From the NCBI GenBank assembly GCA_963667785.2, contig CAXXMU010000006.1:160001-224000 (forward strand): 64,000 bases of DNA, read 5' to 3'. Source of the stretch: Alphaproteobacteria bacterium (GTDB lineage Bacteria; Pseudomonadota; Alphaproteobacteria; UBA828). The notes under the pieces were generated by a model that saw only the letters and a list, made by a program, of their open reading frames with translations, made no database searches and was not told the DNA's origin. Shown piece after piece: positions 1-9,090 of this stretch (position 1 is the stretch's first letter; the number at the start of each line of letters is the position of its first letter). The translations under genes were made by a program, and so were the position numbers.

Positions 1-574
1 AGACGAAGGGGATGCCGAGCTCCTCCTGGTAGCGGCGCACCTCGATCTCCATCTCCTTGCGCAGCTCGCGGTCGAGATTGGCCAGCGGCTCGTCCAGCAG
101 CAGGAGCTCGGGCCGCGCGATCAGCCCCCGGGCGAGCGCGACCCGCTGCTTCTGGCCGCCGGAGAGCTGATGGGGGAAGCGGTCTCCGAGCCCCTCCATG
201 CGGACGAAGCCGAGGATCCAGGCGAGCTGCTCCTCCCGCTCGGCCGCGCTCCGGCCCTGCATCTTGAGCGGAAAGGTGATGTTCTCCGCCACCGTGCGGT
301 GGGGAAACAGGAGAAAGTCCTGAAACACCATGCCGATGCGGCGCAGGTAGGGCGGCAGCGCGGTCACGTCGGTGCCGCCGATCTCCACCCGGCCGCGATC
401 GGGCGCCTCCAGCCCGGAGACGATCCGCAGCAGCGTGGTCTTGCCCGACCCGCTGGGCCCGAGCAGCGCGAAGAACTCGCGGCTGCCGATTTCGAGGCTG
501 ACGCCGTCGACCGCCCGGACCGCGCCGAAGCGCTTCTCGACCGCCTCGATGCGCAGGATCGCCTGGTCGCTCAT
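1..574 (-). CDS. ABC transporter ATP-binding protein, PotA/polyamine-opine type (3' end runs off window)
   Basis: Manual minus-strand translation from ATG 574: MSDQAILRIEAVEKRFG..GPSGSGKT (Walker A)..LSGGQKQR (signature)..LLLDEP (Walker B); downstream of a PotD-like binding protein. Confidence 0.9.
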   Translation of the reverse strand, partial: MSDQAILRIEAVEKRFGAVRAVDGVSLEIGSREFFALLGPSGSGKTTLLRIVSGLEAPDRGRVEIGGTDVTALPPYLRRIGMVFQDFLLFPHRTVAENITFPLKMQGRSAAEREEQLAWILGFVRMEGLGDRFPHQLSGGQKQRVALARGLIARPELLLLDEPLANLDRELRKEMEIEVRRYQEELGIPFV

Positions 575-593
575 CGCGCTCCCGCCCCGAGGG

Positions 594-810
594 CTAGTAT
601 CCGGTTTCCGAAGTTGATTCCCACGCGGTCGGGCTCGAGAGCGATCCCTCCAACTGCGGTTTTCTTACACATCGTCATGCCCGGACTTGTTCCGGGCATC
701 CACGTTTCTTGCCCCTGCTGCACGAAAACTCGTGGATGGCCGGGACAAGCCCGGCCATGACGCGTTGGGGGTGACACACAAGGATAGAAATTTCCGGAAC
801 GGGTCACTAG
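594..810. mobile_element. CTAG-bounded MITE-like element with imperfect terminal inverted repeats enclosing a REP doublet
   Basis: Left end CTAGTATCCGGTTTCCGAAGTT vs reverse complement of right end CTAGTGACCCGTTCCGGAAATT; AT-richer than the flanks. Confidence 0.5.
673..762. repeat. REP-type palindrome doublet (copy 1 of 3)
   Basis: CGTCATGCCCGGACTTGTTCCGGGCATCCACG (673-704) and inverted partner CGTGGATGGCCGGGACAAGCCCGGCCATGACG (731-762). Confidence 0.9.
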
Positions 811-979
811 GCCCTCGTCGCCCACCGCCTCACGCCTCCGGCCGCGGCGCGCGTTCGCCCTGCCGCATGCGCCGTTTCCGCGCGATTGCATCGAGCGTCG
901 CCGAAGAACGCCGGCACCAGGAGGGGAACCGGGCCGCGCGGCCCGGTCCCCCGGCGTGCTGCCAAGGCGACTGTGCGGC

Positions 980-2197
980 TCAGGCCGCTTCCACCGCCGA
1001 CCAGACGCGTTCCCATTTCTCGGGCGAGGAGGGAGCGTCGAACTGGTAGAGGCCGTGAATGGACTCCGTCTCGTTCAGGAACAGGGTGTCGACGTACCGC
1101 TCCGAAAGCATGTCGCGAACGTCGACGGTGGGCGCCCAGCCGATCTCGACCGCCACCGTCTTCATGCTTTCGCGCTCGAGGCGGAAGTCGATCCACTTGT
1201 GAGCGATCTCCAGCTTCTCGCTGTCGGTCACGCCCGACGTGATGGACCACTGGTCCACCCAGCCGAGGCCGCCCTCGGTGGGCTTGAGGACGTGGCGCAT
1301 GTTGAGATCCGACTTGCCGTCCAGCTTGTCGAAGTGGATGCGCCGGTAGATGCCGGACCACTCCGGCGAGGCCCACACCACCTGGGCGCGCAGCAGCCTC
1401 TCGAGCGTGTCCTCGTCGTTCCAGCGATTGACCAGCAGCCCCTTCTGCTTGATCAGCAGGCGCTTGCACTCCTCGAGCTCCTCGTCGCTCAGCACGTAGG
1501 GGTTGAAGCTCTTGCCGTCGGGCCGCTCGCCGTCCTGCGTGCCCATGTTGTGCGCGGCGAGGATGCCGGCCAGCGCGATGTTCTCCTCGAAGCGGGCGCT
1601 GGTCGAGAGATGGCCGTCGTACTTCTCGTTGAACAGGAGATTGACCGATTCCTGATCCTCCGCCGCGACCTTGTCGGTGTTGACGGTGAAGCCGTACCCG
1701 CCCCAGCAGTTGGGCGCGGCGATCATGTCCTCGCTGTCCTCGGCGCGCAGCAGCGTGAACTTGGGCGGCACGAAGTCGTCGAACACGTTGCTGAGGTCGA
1801 GCTTCGAGTAGTCGACCGCCTGCACCAGCCCCTGCTTGGCGTAGAGGCGCGGCCAGAACCCGTCAGCCATCACCAGGTCGAAGTCCTGGGTGCCGCCGGC
1901 CCTGAGCTTGTTCCAGGCCTCGGAGTTGCCGTCGAAGAAGCCGGCGCTGACCTTGACGTCATGCCGGTTCTCGAACTCGGCTGTCAGGCTCTTGACGTTG
2001 TAGTGCTCCCAGCCGAGCCAGCGCAGCTCCAGCGTCGCAGCCTCGGCGTTGCGCACGAAGGGGCCGATGCTCTTCCAGGTGAACCCGGCGGCGGTCAGCG
2101 CCGCGGCGCCCTTGAGGACGCTCCGCCGCGATACGCGGCCGGGATTGCGCGCCTTCGACCGGGATGCCGAATCGGGTCGAGTCTTGTTCTTGCTCAT
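980..2197 (-). CDS. PotD-like ABC substrate-binding protein with Tat signal
   Basis: SRRSVLKG twin-arginine leader; LRWLGWEHY, FDLVMADG, EGGLGWVDQWSI motifs typical of polyamine-binding proteins; GGAGG RBS. Confidence 0.85.
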   Translation of the reverse strand: MSKNKTRPDSASRSKARNPGRVSRRSVLKGAAALTAAGFTWKSIGPFVRNAEAATLELRWLGWEHYNVKSLTAEFENRHDVKVSAGFFDGNSEAWNKLRAGGTQDFDLVMADGFWPRLYAKQGLVQAVDYSKLDLSNVFDDFVPPKFTLLRAEDSEDMIAAPNCWGGYGFTVNTDKVAAEDQESVNLLFNEKYDGHLSTSARFEENIALAGILAAHNMGTQDGERPDGKSFNPYVLSDEELEECKRLLIKQKGLLVNRWNDEDTLERLLRAQVVWASPEWSGIYRRIHFDKLDGKSDLNMRHVLKPTEGGLGWVDQWSITSGVTDSEKLEIAHKWIDFRLERESMKTVAVEIGWAPTVDVRDMLSERYVDTLFLNETESIHGLYQFDAPSSPEKWERVWSAVEAA

Positions 2198-2352
2198 GGA
2201 TAGTCCTCCCTTGATGCGGCGCAGCGGGCAGGATAGTCCGGGCCCGGCGCCGCCGTGACCGTCGCTCCGCTCGGCAGCAGCTCACAGAAGATCGTCGGAG
2301 TTCGCGCGGTCAGAGCGGATGATATCACCGCCCCGGTGGCTCCGCATCGCCA

Positions 2353-2430
2353 GTGTCGCTCGCGCCCGAGTCGCTCGCGCCTGAAAGGTCGCGAGCGCGG
2401 AAAGACAGGTCGCGAGCGCGGAGAAGAGTC
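2353..2430. repeat. GC-rich hairpin repeat GTCGCTCGCGCC..GGTCGCGAGCGCGG..AGAAGAGTC (copy 1 of 2)
   Basis: Internally duplicated arms; near-identical unit at 50528-50606. Confidence 0.75.
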
Positions 2431-2445
2431 GCCGCGGACGCGGTC

Positions 2446-3249
2446 CTACCGTCCGCGAAAGTTTGCGGGCCGCTTCTCTCGGAAGGCGTCGGTGCCCTCT
2501 TTCAGGTCCTCGGTCCCGGAGAGATCGTGGAAGGAGCGCGATTCCAGGCGGAGCGCGTCGTCGAGCGGCAGGTCGAAGGAGCGCATCACCACGTCCTTGG
2601 CGAAGCGCTGGGCGAGCGGCGCGCGGCTCGCCACCAGCTCGGCGAAGGCCATGGTCTCCGCCACCAGGTCTGCGGCAGGAACGATGCGGTTCACGAGGCC
2701 GATGCGGAGCGCGTGCTCGGCGCCGATGCGCTGGCCCGAGAGGATGAGCTCCATGGCGTTGCCGAGGCCGACGATCTGCGGCAGCCGCACGCAGCCGCCG
2801 TCGCAGGGGTGGAAGCCCCAGTTCACGTCCTGGTGGGCGAACTCGGCGTTGGGCGAGCAGAAGCGGATGTCGCAGGCCTCGGCGAGCTCGAGCCCGCCGG
2901 AGATGGCGTAGCCGTTGACCGCCGCGATGATCGGCTTGTCGATCGAAAGACCCCGCGTGATGCCGCCGAAGCCGGGGCCGTCGGTGAACCGCGTGCGGAA
3001 TTCGGGCGCGGGCCGGCTGGCGTAATTCATCGTGTAGGTCTTGAGGTCCGCGCCGGCGCAGAAGGCGTGCGCGCCTGCGCCGGTGATGACCGCCACCCGC
3101 GCGCCCTCGTCGGCCGCGAATTCGCGCCAGCGCTCGATCAGCCGCTCGTTGGCCGCGAAGTCGAGCGAGTTCATCCTGTCGGCGCGGTCGATGGTGATCA
3201 GGCGCACATGCCCGTGCGCCTCGTAGAGGATGTCGTTCGCCGCCGTCAC
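2446..3249 (-). CDS. Enoyl-CoA hydratase/isomerase (crotonase) family protein
   Basis: AFCAGADLK, KPIIAAVNGYAISGGLE, C-terminal AFREKRPANFRGR. Confidence 0.9.
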   Translation of the reverse strand: MTAANDILYEAHGHVRLITIDRADRMNSLDFAANERLIERWREFAADEGARVAVITGAGAHAFCAGADLKTYTMNYASRPAPEFRTRFTDGPGFGGITRGLSIDKPIIAAVNGYAISGGLELAEACDIRFCSPNAEFAHQDVNWGFHPCDGGCVRLPQIVGLGNAMELILSGQRIGAEHALRIGLVNRIVPAADLVAETMAFAELVASRAPLAQRFAKDVVMRSFDLPLDDALRLESRSFHDLSGTEDLKEGTDAFREKRPANFRGR

Positions 3250-3328
3250 CGTGGCCCCTCCCGCCGCTGCCTCGCCCGCCCGATCCTAGCCCGCATTTCT
3301 CACCAGGGTCACGGCCCCGGCCGGGGGC

Positions 3329-4546
3329 TCAGCCCCACGCCGGCCCCTGCCCGTCCGCCAGCGGCTCGCTCAGCGCGCCGGCGATGTCCATCAGGCTCGC
3401 GATGTTGTGCACCGGCCTGAACTCGTCGATGTGCGGCATGATCGTCCTGACGCCGCCGGCCTCGGGCTTGAACCCCTCGTAGCGGAGCAGCGGGTTAAGC
3501 CAGATCAGGCGCCGGCAGGACTTGTGGAGCCGCTCCACCTCGGCCTGCAGGATGCCGAGATCGTCGCGGTCGAGCCCGTCGGTGATGAGCAGCACCACCG
3601 CGCCCTGGGCCAGCACGCGGCGCGACCAGTACTGGTTGAAGTCCTTGAGGCAGGGGCCGATGCGGGTGCCCCCGGACCAGTCCTGCACCGAGCCGCTGGC
3701 GCGGCCGACCGCGACATCCACGTCGCGATGCCTGAGATGGCGCGTGATGTTGGTTAGCCTGGTGCCGAAGAGGAAGCTGTGCACCCGGTCGCGGTCGTTG
3801 GTGACGGCGTGGACGAAGTGCAGGAACATGCGCGAGTAGCGGCTCATCGAGCCGGAGACGTCGCAGAGCATGACCAGCGCGGGCTGGCGCTCGGCGCGGG
3901 AGCGGCGCTTGAGCGGCATCAGGTCGCCGCTGGAGCGCAGGCTCGCGCGCAGCGTGGCGCGCATGTCGATGCGCCGCCCCAGCGGATCGGGCCGGTAGCG
4001 GCGCGTCGGCACCGGCTTGATCGGCAGCCTGAGAGCCGCGATCGCCCGCTTCGCCTCGGCCAGCTCGTCGGCCGACATGTCCTCGAAGTCCATCTCCTGC
4101 AGCACTTCCTGGGGCGAGAAGGTGAGCACCGCGTCGAGCTCGATCTCGACGTCCTCCTGAGCCTTCTCGTCCTCTTCGGGCGTGCGCGGCGCGATCGCCT
4201 CGCTCGCGCGCCGGCTCGCCGGCGGCGCATCCGGCTTGGGCAGCCTGTCGGTGGCCATGACCGGGCCCTGGACCGCGCTTTCCAGGCGGATCTCGCGCCA
4301 GAAGAGCTGAAAGGCCTGATCGAAGATGTCGTGCTGGTCGCGCCGCTCGACGAGGACGGCGTGAAGCGCCCAGTAGAGATCGCTGCGGCGGGTGGGATCG
4401 ACCGCCTCGACGGCGCGCACCGATTCGATGGTCTTGCCGGGCCCCGCCGGCAGGCCGGCGCCGCGCAGGGCGCGGACGAAGTGCATCACGTTGTAGGCGA
4501 GGGTCCCGCCCCCGGCCGGCTCCGCCGGCACCGCCTGCGCCGTCAC
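3329..4546 (-). CDS. CoxE-like VWA-domain protein
   Basis: DVSGSMS MIDAS motif, DWSGGTRIG, LIWLNPLL; GTG start overlaps the upstream stop (GTGA). Confidence 0.88.
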   Translation of the reverse strand: MTAQAVPAEPAGGGTLAYNVMHFVRALRGAGLPAGPGKTIESVRAVEAVDPTRRSDLYWALHAVLVERRDQHDIFDQAFQLFWREIRLESAVQGPVMATDRLPKPDAPPASRRASEAIAPRTPEEDEKAQEDVEIELDAVLTFSPQEVLQEMDFEDMSADELAEAKRAIAALRLPIKPVPTRRYRPDPLGRRIDMRATLRASLRSSGDLMPLKRRSRAERQPALVMLCDVSGSMSRYSRMFLHFVHAVTNDRDRVHSFLFGTRLTNITRHLRHRDVDVAVGRASGSVQDWSGGTRIGPCLKDFNQYWSRRVLAQGAVVLLITDGLDRDDLGILQAEVERLHKSCRRLIWLNPLLRYEGFKPEAGGVRTIMPHIDEFRPVHNIASLMDIAGALSEPLADGQGPAWG

Positions 4547-5448
4547 GGCCGGACCTGGGGCGGGGCGGGCCCGGGCGCGCGGCCGCCCGCCTCCGCCAGG
4601 CCGCGCTGGTAGGCCAGCAGGCGGTCGAGATTGGCGCGGATGGTCTCGGGATCGAGCTCGATCCGGTCGAGCTCCATCACCGCGCTCGACCAGGCGATCA
4701 CCTCGCCGAGCGCCATCACCTCGGAGAGGTCGGCATGGCGCATGCGCTCGATGAAGGCGGCGATGTTGTCGCTCAGCCGCCGCTCGACGCCCGGCAGGCG
4801 GGCACGCAGGATCGCCTTCTCCTGCGCCGCGTCGGGATAGTCGACCCAGTGGTAGAGGCAGCGCCGCTTCAGCGCGTCGTGCACCTCGCGCGTGCGGTTG
4901 GACGTGATGACCACCAGCGGCCGGTCGGCGGCCGTCACGGTGCCGAGCTCCGGCACGCTCACCTGAAACTCCGAGAGCACCTCCAGCAGATAGGCCTCGA
5001 ACGGCGCATCGGCCCGGTCGATCTCGTCGATCAGCAGCACCGGCGGGCCGAGAGGGTCGGGCTCGAGCGCCGTGAGCAGCGGCCGCTTGACCAGGAAGCG
5101 CTCGTCGAAAATGTCCTCGGCCAGCGCCGCGCGCCCGCCCCCGCCCCGCTCGGCAAGGCGGATCGCGAGCATCTGCGCGGCATAGTTCCACTCGTAGACG
5201 GCGGCGGCGGCGTCCAGGCCCTCGTGACACTGCAGCCGCAGCAGCCGGCGGCCCAGGGTCTCGGCAAGGGTCGCGGCGAGCTGGGTCTTGCCGCAGCCGG
5301 CCTCGCCCTCGAGCAGCAGGGGGCGGCCGAGCGCGACGCTGAGGAAGAGAGTCTTGACCAGCGCGTCGTCCGCGACGTAGCGCCCCTCCTCGAGGAGCGC
5401 CCGCGTCTCGGCTTCGCTGCCCGGCAGCGCCCGCATTGGCTCGGCCAT
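4543..5448 (-). CDS. CoxD-like MoxR AAA+ ATPase
   Basis: GEAGCGKT Walker A, VLLIDEIDR Walker B, TSNRTREVHDALKRRCLYHW. Confidence 0.88.
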   Translation of the reverse strand: MAEPMRALPGSEAETRALLEEGRYVADDALVKTLFLSVALGRPLLLEGEAGCGKTQLAATLAETLGRRLLRLQCHEGLDAAAAVYEWNYAAQMLAIRLAERGGGGRAALAEDIFDERFLVKRPLLTALEPDPLGPPVLLIDEIDRADAPFEAYLLEVLSEFQVSVPELGTVTAADRPLVVITSNRTREVHDALKRRCLYHWVDYPDAAQEKAILRARLPGVERRLSDNIAAFIERMRHADLSEVMALGEVIAWSSAVMELDRIELDPETIRANLDRLLAYQRGLAEAGGRAPGPAPPQVRP

Positions 5449-5510
5449 GCGGCGTTTCTTACCCCTATCGGGCAGGGATCGAAAGGCGCCGCGCCGTGCC
5501 CCGGCCTTGC

Positions 5511-5546
5511 CCCACGTCGCCGCCCACGTCGCCCTCCATGTCGCCC
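5511..5546. repeat. Three imperfect 12-bp tandem repeats in the coxD/gpt divergent intergenic region
   Basis: CCCACGTCGCCG CCCACGTCGCCC TCCATGTCGCCC. Confidence 0.6.
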
Positions 5547-5614
5547 CTTGCCCGGCCGGGCGATGTCCGCTTGCATGGGGGCCGGCATGACGGCTTCCGT
5601 GGACGGTGTATGAG

Positions 5615-6115
5615 ATGGCTATGACGTACGACAAGGGGTTCCCCGTATCGTGGGATCAGCTTCATCGGGACGCCCGCGCGCTGGCCTGGCGGCTGGCCGA
5701 GCGCGGCCCGTGGCGGAGCATCGTGGCGGTCACCCGCGGCGGCCTGGTGCCGGCCGCCATCGTCGCCCGCGAGCTCGACATCAGGCTGGTGGACACGGTC
5801 TGCATTTCCTCCTACGACCATCAGGACCAGCGCTCGGCGAAGGTTCTGAAGGCGGTATCCGACGACGGGGCCGACGTGCTCATCGTCGACGACCTCGCCG
5901 ATACCGGCGCCACCGCCAGGATCGTCCGCCAGATGCTGCCCAAGGCCCACTTCGCCTGCGTCTACGCCAAGCCGGCCGGCCGCTCGGAGGCGCACACCTT
6001 CGTCACCGAGGTGAGCCAGGACACCTGGATCTTCTTCCCCTGGGACACGGACCTCCGCTTCGTGCCGCCGATTGCGGAGCGCGAGCCGGAGGAGATCGCG
6101 GAAGCCGCGCCGTGA
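5615..6115 (+). CDS. gpt: Xanthine-guanine phosphoribosyltransferase
   Basis: [32 protein letters not shown] motif [22 protein letters not shown]. Confidence 0.92.
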   Translation: MAMTYDKGFPVSWDQLHRDARALAWRLAERGPWRSIVAVTRGGLVPAAIVARELDIRLVDTVCISSYDHQDQRSAKVLKAVSDDGADVLIVDDLADTGATARIVRQMLPKAHFACVYAKPAGRSEAHTFVTEVSQDTWIFFPWDTDLRFVPPIAEREPEEIAEAAP

Positions 6116-6669
6116 GCCCTCCCCGCCTGCCGCTGCCCGACGCGGACTCGCTCGACGAGGCCCAGCGACGCGTCTGCCGCGCGATCGAGAGCGGGCCGCG
6201 CGGCACGGTGCCGGCGCTCTTCATGGCGCTGCTGCACAACGCCGAGCTCGCCGATCGCATCCAGAGCCTGGGCGCCCTGCTGCGCTACCAGACCAGCCTC
6301 GCGCCCCGGCTCAGCGAGCTCGCGATCCTGGCCGTCGCCCGCCACTGGTCGTGCCAGTACGAGTGGCACTGGCATGCGGCCGAGGCGGCGAAGGCGGGCC
6401 TGCCGGACGCCGTGATCGAGGCGATCAGGCAGCGCCGCCCGCCGCCGCTCACGGCAGCCGACGAGATCGCGGTCTACGACTTCTCCTGCGAGCTGCAGGC
6501 CAATCGCGCTGTCAGCGACGAGACCTACGAGGCGGCGCTGGCGCTGTTCGGGCCGGCCGGCGTGGTCGAGCTCACCGCGCTCAACGGCTATTACGCGATG
6601 ATCGCGATGACGCTGAACGAGCACCGCGTCCCCCTCCCCGACGGCGCCGCACCGCAGCTCCCGGACTAG
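6112..6669 (+). CDS. Carboxymuconolactone decarboxylase (AhpD-like) family protein
   Basis: [34 protein letters not shown]; GTG overlaps the gpt stop. Confidence 0.8.
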   Translation: MSPPRLPLPDADSLDEAQRRVCRAIESGPRGTVPALFMALLHNAELADRIQSLGALLRYQTSLAPRLSELAILAVARHWSCQYEWHWHAAEAAKAGLPDAVIEAIRQRRPPPLTAADEIAVYDFSCELQANRAVSDETYEAALALFGPAGVVELTALNGYYAMIAMTLNEHRVPLPDGAAPQLPD

Positions 6670-6749
6670 CGCAGGCGGCCGCCGCTCCGTACAAGCCCCC
6701 ATCTGTCCCAGCGCCATGTCGCCTCTACGTCAGCGCGGCATCCCCACCA

Positions 6750-6839
6750 CGTCATGGCCGGGCTTGTCCCGGCCATCCACGGGAACACCCGGGTCTCGCC
6801 CGACACGACTGGATGCCCGGAACAAGTCCGGGCATGACG
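6750..6839. repeat. REP-type palindrome doublet (copy 2 of 3)
   Basis: CGTCATGGCCGGGCTTGTCCCGGCCATCCAC ... TGGATGCCCGGAACAAGTCCGGGCATGACG. Confidence 0.9.
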
Positions 6840-6982
6840 GTGGGAGTGGGCGGGCGGTCGACGTCAGTCGCCACCAGATTTTGGGATTTTCTCTCACCTC
6901 GCCACAGCGTATTGTGTGGAGTGACAAATGTGGTAGGTCGTGACGACCTGCACACATGACGCCGCGAGGGCGGGGCGAGGCG

Positions 6983-7486
6983 ATGGCGATGATGCTGGCG
7001 GAGTCGGGACGCTTGGCGAGCGATGCGCTCGACGCCGTCGAGCGGGTCATGATGGACAGCCGCCTCTCCTTCGAGCGCATGGGCGACGAGGACATCACCG
7101 GCTCGTTCACGGGCGGCTGGTGCGACTACCTGCTCTGGTTCGCCTACCGCGCCGATCTCGACGTCCTGCACTTCGCCAGCGGATTCGAGATGGACATCCC
7201 GCCCGCCCGCCGCCAGGCGGTCATCCGCCTGGTCAGCCTGATCAACGAGAGCCTGTGGATCGGCCACTTCGACCTGTGGACCGAGGAGGGCCAGCCGACC
7301 TGGCGCCACGCGCTCCTGCTGCGCGGCACGCACGGCGTGGAGGAACCCCAGATCGTCGATCTCGTGACCGTCGGCGTCGGCGAGTGCGAGCGCTTCTATC
7401 CGGCCTTCCAGCAGGTGATCGGGGCGGGCCTCTCGCCCGACGACGCGCTCGCGGCGGCGCTGATGGAGCCGCGCGGGAGCGCCTGA
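6983..7486 (+). CDS. YbjN-domain protein
   Basis: LINESLWIGHFDLW, ECERFYPAFQ motifs; usual position upstream of proC; start uncertain. Confidence 0.8.
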   Translation: MAMMLAESGRLASDALDAVERVMMDSRLSFERMGDEDITGSFTGGWCDYLLWFAYRADLDVLHFASGFEMDIPPARRQAVIRLVSLINESLWIGHFDLWTEEGQPTWRHALLLRGTHGVEEPQIVDLVTVGVGECERFYPAFQQVIGAGLSPDDALAAALMEPRGSA

Positions 7487-8298
7487 TGACGGCCCCCATC
7501 GTCCTGGTCGGCGGCGGCAGGATGGGCGGCGCGCTGGCGGCCGGGTGGCTGCGCGGGCCGCTGGCGCCGGCGCAGCTCACCATCGTCGAGCCGGACGACG
7601 AGGCGGCCGCGCCGCTCGCCGCGCTCGGGGCGTCATGCGTGCCGGCGGCCTCCGCCCTGCCCGCCGCGCTCGGCCCGGCGGCGATCGTCTTCGCCGTCAA
7701 GCCCCAGGTGATGGCCGACGTGGTGCCGCTCTACGCCGGCATCGGCGGCGCGGACTGCGTGCATCTCTCGATCGCCGCCGGCTGGCCGAGCGCCCTGGTG
7801 GAGCGCGACCTCGGCCCGGTGCCGGTGGTCCGCGCCATGCCCAACACGCCTGCCGCCATCGGCCAGGGCGTGAGCGTGGCGTGCGCCAACCCGTCCACCA
7901 CGCCAGATCAGAGGGCGCTCTGCGAAGGGCTGCTTAAGGCGGTGGGCGCCGTCGCCTGGGTCGAGGACGAATCGCTGATGGACGCTGTGACCGCCGTCTC
8001 CGGCAGCGGCCCGGCCTACCTCTTCCTCCTCGCCGAATGCCTGGCGGACGCCGCCGTCGCCGCCGGCCTGCCGGCGGACCTCGCCCGCACGCTGGCCGAC
8101 CGCACGGTGAGCGGCGCAGGCGCGCTGCTGGCCCAGTCGGCGGACGACCCGGCCACGCTGCGGCGCAACGTGACCAGCCCAGGCGGCACCACCGAGGCCG
8201 CGCTCGCCGTCCTGATGGCGGACGACGGGCTCGGCCCCCTCCTGACCCGCGCGGTGCGTGCCGCCACCGAGCGCTCCCGCGCCCTGGCGCCGTCGTAG
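7486..8298 (+). CDS. proC: Pyrroline-5-carboxylate reductase
   Basis: GGGRMG, FAVKPQ, VRAMPNTP, DAVTAVSGSGPAY, NVTSPGGTT. Confidence 0.95.
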   Translation: MTAPIVLVGGGRMGGALAAGWLRGPLAPAQLTIVEPDDEAAAPLAALGASCVPAASALPAALGPAAIVFAVKPQVMADVVPLYAGIGGADCVHLSIAAGWPSALVERDLGPVPVVRAMPNTPAAIGQGVSVACANPSTTPDQRALCEGLLKAVGAVAWVEDESLMDAVTAVSGSGPAYLFLLAECLADAAVAAGLPADLARTLADRTVSGAGALLAQSADDPATLRRNVTSPGGTTEAALAVLMADDGLGPLLTRAVRAATERSRALAPS

Positions 8299-8378
8299 AC
8301 CTGTTCCGCTCGCGTTGACCCCCCGTTCGCAGCCGGCCTACACTTGACCGGCTGGCGGCGGCGACGAGGCCCGGAATC

Positions 8379-9032
8379 ATGGCGAGAAAAGCTGCACCTA
8401 AGGCCGGCAAGGGCGCAGAGACGCCCACGACCATCATCGAGAGCGCGCTGACACTGGCCGCAAGCCGCGGCTGGGCGCGGGTGGGGCTCGGCGACATCGC
8501 CGAGGCGGCGGGGGTCTCGCTGGCCGAGATGCGCGCGCACTTCCCCTCCAAGCATGCCATCGTCGCCGCCTATGCCGCGGACATCGACCGCGCGGTGCTG
8601 GCGGCGCGCGACCCGGAGATGGAGGGGCGCCCGGCGCACGAGCGTCTCTTCGACGTCTTCATGAAGCGCTTCGACCTGCTCAACGCCCACAAGGAGGGCG
8701 TCGGCGCGATCCTGCGGAGCTGCCCTGCGGACCCGGAGGCGGTCCTGTGCGGGCCGCTGACGCTGCGCCGCTCGATGCGCTGGATGCTGGAGGCTGCGGG
8801 GCTGAGCAGCGCCGGCCTCGGCGGCAGGCTCCGCGTCAAGGCGCTCTGCGCCCTCTACCTCTCGATGCTCCCGGTCTGGCTCCGCGACGACAGCGAGGAC
8901 ATGGCGCGCACCATGGCCGTGCTCGACCGGCGGCTGAAGCGCCTCGACGCGCTCACGCGCAGCCTCTGCCGCCTGGCCCCGAGGCGCGGCTGGTCCGGCG
9001 GCGCGCAGGCGGAGGCGGAGGCCGAAGCCTGA
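8379..9032 (+). CDS. TetR/AcrR-family transcriptional regulator
   Basis: N-terminal HTH (IAEAAGVSLAEMRAHFPSK); C-terminal WLRDDSEDMARTMAVLDRRL. Confidence 0.8.
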   Translation: MARKAAPKAGKGAETPTTIIESALTLAASRGWARVGLGDIAEAAGVSLAEMRAHFPSKHAIVAAYAADIDRAVLAARDPEMEGRPAHERLFDVFMKRFDLLNAHKEGVGAILRSCPADPEAVLCGPLTLRRSMRWMLEAAGLSSAGLGGRLRVKALCALYLSMLPVWLRDDSEDMARTMAVLDRRLKRLDALTRSLCRLAPRRGWSGGAQAEAEAEA

Positions 9033-9090
9033 CCGGCGCCGCGCCGCAGTCGCGGCCTGTCGCGTATCCGCCAAAGACGGATACGCTTTA
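9033..9090 (-). repeat. Truncated copy of the stop-codon-anchored RIME/MITE-like element
   Basis: Minus strand TAAAGCGTATCCGTCTTTGGCGGATACGCGACAGGCCGCGACTGCGG matches the 5' ends of 12662-12829 and 57492-57668. Confidence 0.8.

Noticed and set aside
3329-5448. Carbon monoxide dehydrogenase locus
   Set aside because: Only accessory coxD/E-like genes; no coxL/M/S
5511-5546. 12-bp tandem repeat as an operator array
   Set aside because: Simple slippage duplication explains it; no second occurrence
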